Shown here one piece after another: positions 57,000 through 64,000 of a DNA stretch of 64,000 bases. The notes under the pieces were generated by a model. It saw only the letters and a list, made by a program, of their open reading frames with translations. It had not been told where the DNA came from and did not search any database. The first letter of the stretch is position 1; each line of letters begins with the position of its first letter. The stretch is from a virus: IMG/VR virus record IMGVR_UViG_3300021541_000005; one strand, written 5' to 3'. The position numbers and the translations under genes are program-made.

Positions 57000-57320
57000 A
57001 TGAAAAGAGCAGAAATTATTAATATAAACTATTTGATTGATCATGCTGAAGATATTATAAATAACACTACTGTTCTATTTCCTCAATGGTTGTGGCGTAG
57101 ATCCAAATGTTCTGATGATGGTGAGCAGTTGCAGGATATTTGGGATCGTATGTATCAAAAACATCAAAGAGAAAGTGGCAATTGGTATATTTTCGGTAGA
57201 GGTGATCCTTGGATTAACCCTGGTGAAACATGGGACGAAGCTCAAGACCGCATAGTCAGAGAATATTGTGAAGCCACTGGCCACTGGGATTTATTCATAT
57301 GGAAAGAGGTGAAAGAATGA
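57000..57320 (+). CDS. Candidate immunity protein 1 (second copy)
   Basis: Copy of 14585..14905. Confidence 0.5.
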   Translation: MKRAEIININYLIDHAEDIINNTTVLFPQWLWRRSKCSDDGEQLQDIWDRMYQKHQRESGNWYIFGRGDPWINPGETWDEAQDRIVREYCEATGHWDLFIWKEVKE

Positions 57321-57835
57321 AAGTACTTCAATTTGATTCACATTTCATCAATGATCATATGGATGAATTAGTTCATTTGGAAGACTATGTACCAGAAATA
57401 TTATTTAGTTATTATGATAAGCAAAATGAACGTGATAGATTCTTAAAATCTAAAAATTTATTAGAAACTATACATAAGATAGATCAATTATTGGATGAAA
57501 AATGTAAACTTTCAAAAAATCCAATTATGATAAGGAATAGTATTATCATTGAATGGTTAGATTGTCATCCTGAATTTGAAGGAATAATAGCTGGGGAATT
57601 CTGGGAAAAGTATCAAATGATGAAAAATAATAATGATTTTATTGAGTTTATTGATCTTTTATCTCAATTCAAATTTGCTTCTGAAGAACAAATTATAGCA
57701 AAATATGAATATCGTAATGATGTTATTCATAAAGATGATTCTAATAGAATGTTTCCTGATTTTAAAAAAATTGATGCTATTTTTAATAAATATGGGGCTT
57801 CTTTATTAGCATGTTATTTATCAGAGTTTGTTTAA
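57317..57835 (+). CDS. Candidate immunity protein 2 (second copy)
   Basis: Copy of 14902..15420. Confidence 0.5.
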   Translation: MKVLQFDSHFINDHMDELVHLEDYVPEILFSYYDKQNERDRFLKSKNLLETIHKIDQLLDEKCKLSKNPIMIRNSIIIEWLDCHPEFEGIIAGEFWEKYQMMKNNNDFIEFIDLLSQFKFASEEQIIAKYEYRNDVIHKDDSNRMFPDFKKIDAIFNKYGASLLACYLSEFV

Positions 57836-57843
57836 TTTTTTTT

Positions 57844-57915
57844 AGTCCTATGGTGTAATGGCAATCATGGTGGGTTTTGGTCCCGCTGACTCAGGTTCGA
57901 CTCCTGATAGGACTA
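57844..57915 (+). tRNA. tRNA-Gln(UUG) (second copy)
   Basis: Copy of 15429..15500. Confidence 0.95.
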
Positions 57916-57929
57916 TACAACTTTTTTTG

Positions 57930-58013
57930 GGTAGAATAGTCAAGTGGTCAAAGACGATGTGCTTAGGACTCATTCCTTTAGTAGGTCCGCAGGTTCAAAT
58001 CCTGCTTCTACCA
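57930..58013 (+). tRNA. tRNA-Leu(UAG) (second copy)
   Basis: Copy of 15515..15598. Confidence 0.92.
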
Positions 58014-58519
58014 TTAACAATAATTTTTTGTGTTCACAAATAGGGCATGCTCCTTGCTTCTTTAAACTTTTTTTAACGGAAAACCTTCAAAAAAGCAAAA
58101 TAACACTGGATGTTGTTGTTGAGGAAAATATTTTGTTTTCTGTGATTAACTGGTTTTCCATGCTTATTTTTTATTTTTGTTTAAGATTTATTTTTTTATT
58201 CGGGTAACTGTTCATTTGGAAAAATTAAAACCCCGTATTTTCATTTTTCGTGTTTAATATTTTTTTAAAAAACTGTAATAATGTTCAAAAAATACCCTTA
58301 AAAAAGCAGGTTTTATTTTTATGAGAGTGTATAATGAAGAAAGATATTTTTTTCTTCAAAATTTTGAACATATAGGAAAAAAGAGTATTAACATTTTTTT
58401 TCTAAAAAACACGAGTATACATAGTTAAATTTTAAAATTGGTATGGTACGACTTCTATACTCATAAAAAAAATTTAATACTCTATAATTTCTTCTTAATA
58501 AACTAATTTTAACCCAAAA

Positions 58520-59569
58520 ATGGAGGTATTAACTATTCAAATAAAAAACATGGCTGTGAAAAGTGATGATCAGTTCTTATTCACTGCTCCCGTAATGATA
58601 CCAGACAAACCAGATTGTGATTATGAAAGGGGAGAGGGAACATTCACAGCAGAAGAAATACGATTCTTTAAAGAATCATTTCAGGATTATCAAATCATTG
58701 ATAAGAATCATCAAGTATTCAAGGAGTTAGGGAGTGCTAAAAGCATTAAAGACCAAATGGTTGGAGACCCTGTAAATAGTTTCATCCTCGATGAAGAAAC
58801 TACTTACAAACTCGTTAATGGTGGTACAGAAACTTATCCTGCGGGTACTTGGATGTTAACTTCAGATGTAACAGATCCAACTACACAACAAGAAATTGAA
58901 GATGGTATATTAACTGGTTATAGTCTATCAGTGCATCGTGAAGATATTGGACGATTAATCAAGAAATACATGGCTACTAAAGCTAGTGGTGGTCAGTTAA
59001 TTCATGATATACCAAATCCTAATGCAATCACTGTGAGCATTGTAAAAAAACCTTGTCAAAGTGGATCTAAACAATGTAAATTAAATGGAAGTGATGTTAT
59101 GGGTGATGACAAAAAGACACTTGATAAAATCAGAGAAGCTCTTGGTATGGATAACCCAGGATATGCTACTAAATCTGATTTGGATGCATTAGCTAAAGAA
59201 ATTAAAGAGGAAAATGCTGCGGCTATGAAGTCAGCAGCTGAAGAAATGGGCACTACTATAAGTGATGCTATTAAAGAGGCTTTTAGTGAAGTTGGTGCTA
59301 TTAAATCTAAAAAAGAACCTGATAATGACGATGATGATAAGGGTGGTTCTGGTGACAATAAACCAGCAGATACTGATGGTAATGACTCAAAACCAAACCC
59401 TGATGATGACGACGATGAGGAACTTAAGAAAAAATCTAAAAAACCTAAAAAAGATGGTTCTAAACAAGGAAAAGTACATAATGGAGCAACTAAATCCAAT
59501 AATACTGAAGATTTAGACACTTATGCGTTCCTTGGAAGAAACCCAGATGGTACAAGTAAAAATATTTAA
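58520..59569 (+). CDS. Prohead protease/scaffold (second copy)
   Basis: Copy of 16105..17154. Confidence 0.8.
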   Translation: MEVLTIQIKNMAVKSDDQFLFTAPVMIPDKPDCDYERGEGTFTAEEIRFFKESFQDYQIIDKNHQVFKELGSAKSIKDQMVGDPVNSFILDEETTYKLVNGGTETYPAGTWMLTSDVTDPTTQQEIEDGILTGYSLSVHREDIGRLIKKYMATKASGGQLIHDIPNPNAITVSIVKKPCQSGSKQCKLNGSDVMGDDKKTLDKIREALGMDNPGYATKSDLDALAKEIKEENAAAMKSAAEEMGTTISDAIKEAFSEVGAIKSKKEPDNDDDDKGGSGDNKPADTDGNDSKPNPDDDDDEELKKKSKKPKKDGSKQGKVHNGATKSNNTEDLDTYAFLGRNPDGTSKNI

Positions 59570-59611
59570 TTTTTATTCAAATTAATCAAAAAAAGTGATA
59601 GGTGATTAGTA

Positions 59612-60679
59612 ATGGTGAATATGAATAATGTGCTCACTAAAGTTGTAGCTGCTGCCGGAAAAGATGGTGCTATGAAAGAAGATGAGACAATGTACGATGC
59701 AATGTTTGCAAACGCTGGTATATTGGATAGAAAACAATATAACACTTTTGTACGTGAAATGCAAATCAACAGCGTTATTCTTAACGATGCAGCATTCAAA
59801 AGAATGACAAGAGAATCTGAAGTAACTTCAGGTGCTAGAATCGAAGGAAGAGTATTGCAAGACGGACGTTTAAAAGAAAGTAGAACAACCAAAAGCGACT
59901 TAAAAGAAGCTAAAATCGGTTTTGGTTCTGCTGAATTAAACGCTAAAAAATTAAAAGCAAAAACTTCCATTCTTGATGATGATCTTGATGACAACATCGA
60001 AGGAACACAATTTGAATCTACCCTACAATCCATGATGGGTGCAGCAATGGGTGAAGACTTAGCTGCTATTGCTGTATTCGGGGACACTGATTTAGATTAT
60101 GATGAAGAACTTTTGTTCCATACTTTCGATGGATGGGTTAAACAAGCAACTACTACTTTAAAATCAAGTGAATTAGGTTCTACTAATGCAGAAAAAGCAT
60201 TTAATGTTCATGAAGATACTATTGAAGCTTTATTTGATGCATTAATTGCAGCGGTACCTGCAAGAGTAAGACAATCAAATCTTATGAATAGATTTAATAT
60301 TTATGTTCCTTTTGAAGTTGAAGATGCTTATAGGAATCTTTTAAAATCACGTAATACTGCACTTGGGGACAGTATGCAAGTCGGTGATGCTCCTTTAAAA
60401 TACAAACGTTGGAATGTTAAATATGCTCCAGAATTGGATGCTGAAGATTGTAAAGCATTAGATAACACTGCAACATGTCTTGGAGGATTCCCAGACTTAA
60501 TGAGATGGGGTGTTTACAAAGACATCAGCATGGAAATGGAACGTAAAGCTGGTGATGAACAAACTAACTTCTGGTATCGTATGAAAGGAGATGCTGGACT
60601 TGAAGTATTCAGCAGCTTAATTGTTGGAAAATTAACCTTAGAGGAGTTAGCTGAAATCCAAGATGAAGCCAAAGCATAG
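59612..60679 (+). CDS. Major capsid protein (second copy)
   Basis: Copy of 17197..18264. Confidence 0.85.
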   Translation: MVNMNNVLTKVVAAAGKDGAMKEDETMYDAMFANAGILDRKQYNTFVREMQINSVILNDAAFKRMTRESEVTSGARIEGRVLQDGRLKESRTTKSDLKEAKIGFGSAELNAKKLKAKTSILDDDLDDNIEGTQFESTLQSMMGAAMGEDLAAIAVFGDTDLDYDEELLFHTFDGWVKQATTTLKSSELGSTNAEKAFNVHEDTIEALFDALIAAVPARVRQSNLMNRFNIYVPFEVEDAYRNLLKSRNTALGDSMQVGDAPLKYKRWNVKYAPELDAEDCKALDNTATCLGGFPDLMRWGVYKDISMEMERKAGDEQTNFWYRMKGDAGLEVFSSLIVGKLTLEELAEIQDEAKA

Positions 60680-60688
60680 GTGGTATTT

Positions 60689-61105
60689 ATGGCTTTAGAA
60701 TCTTGGAATGATTTAACTCTTACAGAGAAACGTAAAATCCGCAAGGGTTTTATACGTAATCCTCATAAAGCTTATGAGAGATTACGTGCTCAAGCTGAAG
60801 GAGAGACTCCAGACCCTACACCTACTCCTGATCCAGAACCTGAATTTACTCCTGTAGTTTATGCTTTCACTTCTTATAGTGATGCTGAAAAAACTACTGA
60901 ATGGGGTACTGGAACTGTAGAAACAACTGGTGTAGAATCTAATGGATATACTGAGGTTGAAGTGAAAACTAACTCTGTTGATGGTTTCGTTGGTAATAAG
61001 TATTATATTATTTCTTCTGCTAAGACTGATGGAACTGTTTATGAGTTATTCACTGATGCTGGTACTACTTCAGCGGAGATTTTTGTAACTATTACTGCAA
61101 ACTAA
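60689..61105 (+). CDS. Probable decoration protein (second copy)
   Basis: Copy of 18274..18690. Confidence 0.55.
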   Translation: MALESWNDLTLTEKRKIRKGFIRNPHKAYERLRAQAEGETPDPTPTPDPEPEFTPVVYAFTSYSDAEKTTEWGTGTVETTGVESNGYTEVEVKTNSVDGFVGNKYYIISSAKTDGTVYELFTDAGTTSAEIFVTITAN

Positions 61106-61121
61106 AAGAGATGGTGATTTT

Positions 61122-61550
61122 ATGTTTTGTACTGTAGATGAAGTAATAGATTTTACTGGTTTGAAACCAAAGCATTTAAATTTATCAACAGATGATGAAA
61201 GCAAATTGGAGGATATTGTCGAGAATTGGATTAAACAATCCACTTCTTTAATTAAAGACTACTGTAATAATGACTTCAAAAAGTATGGTGAAAATATACC
61301 AGAAGCAGTGCAAAATGTATGCATCAGATTAACCGGCAATATGGTTGCATTAGCCACAGCCAGAAGGGATACACCAATAACACAGGTCAATGATTGGCAA
61401 GTAAACATTGTAAACATGCGTGTATTCAGCAATGACCTTAAAGACGACCTTGCACCATATGTAATAGACAAATCCCGTAAATCAGATAAAATAGAATTCT
61501 TTGCAATAACAGGAGAGGATGATGGTAAAAGTTATCATAAACGTAGATGA
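61122..61550 (+). CDS. Head-tail adaptor (second copy)
   Basis: Copy of 18707..19135. Confidence 0.75.
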   Translation: MFCTVDEVIDFTGLKPKHLNLSTDDESKLEDIVENWIKQSTSLIKDYCNNDFKKYGENIPEAVQNVCIRLTGNMVALATARRDTPITQVNDWQVNIVNMRVFSNDLKDDLAPYVIDKSRKSDKIEFFAITGEDDGKSYHKRR

Positions 61551-61980
61551 TTCACAATACCAGCGTATTAGTGATAAACTACCACAAATCAAACAAAGAG
61601 GATTAAAATTAACAGGTCAAGACATGTTAAGAAACCTAGGTTTGAATAGTCCTGTTGATCATGGATTACTCAGACAATGGTTCTTTGCTAGTACCTCACC
61701 TGAACAGATAGAAATCCGAACTCCAGCAAAATATGCTATTTTTCCAAATGATGGGACAGGAATCTACAACGGTGGAAGTGTAATAAAACCTAAAAAAGGG
61801 AAAGCATTAGCCTTCAAACCAGGTAAAAAATGGAAAGGTCCTGTAAACAAAGATGGATATGCCTTCCTAAAATATAGTAAAGGTCAAAAAGGCCAACATT
61901 TCGTTGAAAAAAGCATTAAACAAACTCAAGGAAAAATACAGGAGATATTTATAAAATCAGTAAATGAAGTGATACAATGA
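61522..61980 (+). CDS. HK97 gp10-like protein (second copy)
   Basis: Copy of 19107..19565. Confidence 0.75.
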   Translation: MVKVIINVDDSQYQRISDKLPQIKQRGLKLTGQDMLRNLGLNSPVDHGLLRQWFFASTSPEQIEIRTPAKYAIFPNDGTGIYNGGSVIKPKKGKALAFKPGKKWKGPVNKDGYAFLKYSKGQKGQHFVEKSIKQTQGKIQEIFIKSVNEVIQ

Positions 61981-62516
61981 ACATAATCACAGGCTTCGAA
62001 GCAGTTAGCCAAATCATAAAAGAATGCATAACATCAGAAAACACTCCAGAAGGAATGTTAAATGATGTGCTTTCAGTAATAACTGTTGCCAATAATGAGG
62101 AAGGTATTGATGAACCAGCTATATGGATTCGTCAACATCCAACAATACCCTATGATAATGCGAAAACAAGATTATCACGTGATATTGATTTAATTACTAC
62201 TTTTGAATTTGTATGTATTGAATATGATCCTGACCCTGAAATTGCTGAGTTAAAAGGTCAAAACCTTGCAAGCCGTGCATGTTTAGCAGTCATGAAAAAC
62301 TTACAACATATACAAAAAGAGTATGGGGTACGTGTTATAAACAATATCTATTTTGTAGCCTTCTATCCTGTTGGAGAAATTGAGATTAGAGGTAAACGTG
62401 AAAAAGTACCTGCTACTAGCATTGTTATAAGCGTAAAACATAATATTGACTGGTTAAACTGTTGTAAACGAAAAAATAACGAAAATAATAATGATGATAA
62501 TGATGATGGTGATTAA
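61977..62516 (+). CDS. Probable tail terminator (second copy)
   Basis: Copy of 19562..20101. Confidence 0.55.
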   Translation: MNIITGFEAVSQIIKECITSENTPEGMLNDVLSVITVANNEEGIDEPAIWIRQHPTIPYDNAKTRLSRDIDLITTFEFVCIEYDPDPEIAELKGQNLASRACLAVMKNLQHIQKEYGVRVINNIYFVAFYPVGEIEIRGKREKVPATSIVISVKHNIDWLNCCKRKNNENNNDDNDDGD

Positions 62517-62518
62517 AA

Positions 62519-63550
62519 ATGAGTTGTAGAGTATTTGGTTTAGAACCAGAAGCTGCCTATGGTGAGGAAGTAGACAAAGATGATTTTCACTTACTTTTTG
62601 ACCATGATGTAGACAGCATGGATTTTAAACTCAATGACGAACCGGTAACCAAAAGTTTCGGTTCAAGAATGAATCAAAAAGCAAGAGCTGGAGTAATCAA
62701 ACCAACAGGTAGTATAGAAACTTCAGCAAACCTCCAAATATTAGGAGCTTACTTTTACGGATTCTTAGATAATTATAAGTTCACAGCAGGCCAAAATGGT
62801 AAAAACACCCATGAGTTCTGGGGTGGTGAATCTAAATTATTAAAAAGTTTCAGAGGAAAAGCAGTTAACGACGATTTAATTTTCTACTTAATGGGTTTAA
62901 TCGTCGATTCAATGAAACTCGAAGTATCTTCAGAAGACATGACTCTTGGAACTGACTTCATTTATAAAACAGAATTCTCTCAAATTTTAGCCGGTGAAAA
63001 CGATTACGAAAGAGCCGAAGAACTAGAAGATGATTTATTCATAATGTTTTACGATGTCATGTTAAAACTCAATGGTAATGACCCTGCCGGCGTGCAGACA
63101 AGTTTTACCTTCGAAGGAAGTAACAATCATGACGTTGACAAAACAATAGGCTTTGGTTACAGACATCCACAGGGACAAGCAAAAGCAGGAAAAAGAGAAA
63201 ACAGTATCAGCATTGTAACTACACTTACTCAAGAAACTGTAAGAGCAATATTAGATGCAAGATACGGTGATGTAGACCTTCTTGAACCTGCAAAATGTAA
63301 AATATTACAGGTCCCATTACAAATTGATGTTGAATTATGTGAATATCCTGGCCTTGGATTAACTATTTTATTCCCTAAATGTACTCTCTTAGCTGAATTC
63401 GACAGTAGTGGTATTGATGATGTGGAAGCAACATTAAATATGGCTACATTAGGTTCTGAAGAGGTTACATTAGCCGATGGAACTACTAAGAAAACAGATA
63501 TGTATGTTAAATTAGTCAATAAACAACCTAAGATAGCTCCCAGCATCTGA
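62519..63550 (+). CDS. Major tail tube protein (second copy)
   Basis: Copy of 20104..21135. Confidence 0.75.
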   Translation: MSCRVFGLEPEAAYGEEVDKDDFHLLFDHDVDSMDFKLNDEPVTKSFGSRMNQKARAGVIKPTGSIETSANLQILGAYFYGFLDNYKFTAGQNGKNTHEFWGGESKLLKSFRGKAVNDDLIFYLMGLIVDSMKLEVSSEDMTLGTDFIYKTEFSQILAGENDYERAEELEDDLFIMFYDVMLKLNGNDPAGVQTSFTFEGSNNHDVDKTIGFGYRHPQGQAKAGKRENSISIVTTLTQETVRAILDARYGDVDLLEPAKCKILQVPLQIDVELCEYPGLGLTILFPKCTLLAEFDSSGIDDVEATLNMATLGSEEVTLADGTTKKTDMYVKLVNKQPKIAPSI

Positions 63551-63800
63551 GGTGAATCCTGAAACTATTGATGATTTAGCAATAAGCGTAACTGATGGAA
63601 CAAATCCTGTAAGTCAAGTTGAAGTTGCAATAGGAGAAATCACAGGCACTACTGGTAGTCAAGGTGGATGTACCTTGCATGATGTTCCTGTAGGCACGGT
63701 TACTGTAACAGCAACTAAAACCGGTTACGTAACTTACAGTCAGGAAGTAACAATTACTTCTAGCACTGAAACTTTAGATATTACTTTAGAGCCTCAATAA
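63540..63800 (+). CDS. Ig-like tail tube extension (second copy)
   Basis: Copy of 21125..21385. Confidence 0.6.
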   Translation, partial: PASEVNPETIDDLAISVTDGTNPVSQVEVAIGEITGTTGSQGGCTLHDVPVGTVTVTATKTGYVTYSQEVTITSSTETLDITLEPQ

Positions 63801-63882
63801 ACCTATTATAATATTTTTTTTTTAGAATGAGGCTAAAAACTTTTATTATTTTTCAAAATTATAAAGAATGGAGGCATTTAAA

Positions 63883-64000
63883 ATGGCAATATTAAAAAAA
63901 TCACAAATTTTACAAGGTATCAACGACCCTAAAAAAATACGCATTGAAGCATTAGATGGTGAACTCTGGTTAAGACCATTATCTAATTCAGAGTTAGATG
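63883..64000 (+). CDS. Tail assembly chaperone (second copy, cut by window edge)
   Basis: Copy of the 5' part of 21468..21896. Confidence 0.7.
   Translation, partial: MAILKKSQILQGINDPKKIRIEALDGELWLRPLSNSELD

Larger units (their letters stand above)
42416..64000 (+). repeat. Direct repeat of 1..21585 (second genome copy, offset +42415)
   Basis: Every ORF in the track recurs with identical length and translation at +42415; spot-checked DNA identical. Confidence 0.97.

Overview
The window holds one complete 42,415-bp genome (1..42415) of a temperate, long-tailed (siphovirus-like, Caudoviricetes) virus of a pseudomurein-walled methanogenic archaeon, most likely Methanobrevibacter or another Methanobacteriales host. 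Positions 42416..64000 are a second pass through 1..21585 at offset +42415 (circular wrap or concatemer). Host evidence: a PeiR-like C39 endolysin carrying methanogen adhesin-type Ig repeats, a pseudomurein-binding-repeat-like segment in the tail tip, a tRNA-Gln with the archaeal A1-U72 pair, TTTATATA promoters and GGTGA-type ribosome-binding sites. Gene order: early small-gene operon (ERF-type annealing protein, SWIM finger, RHH protein, ASCH, zinc fingers); two membrane proteins, TerS, TerL, portal; a 1141-aa MuF minor head protein; two orphan genes; tRNA-Gln and tRNA-Leu; prohead protease, major capsid, neck and tail genes; tape measure, Dit, Tal, fibres; endolysin; tyrosine integrase; an exported protein; a divergent AbrB-type regulator. 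Most notable: (1) the MuF protein carries a JAMM/JAB-like motif, three ~100-aa helical repeats and a C-terminal R-S-E ADP-ribosyltransferase, followed by two candidate immunity genes; (2) the tape measure protein ends in a PeiW/transglutaminase-like Cys-His-Asp domain; (3) two apparent programmed +1 frameshifts lie about 750 bp apart in the tail genes; (4) an ORF missing from the supplied track encodes a TFB-type zinc-ribbon mini-protein right behind a 30-bp motif repeated exactly upstream of the head operon; (5) a tRNA top-half mimic and a pair of covarying GTGGCAGC hairpins. All protein calls come from motif recognition by eye; no searches were run.
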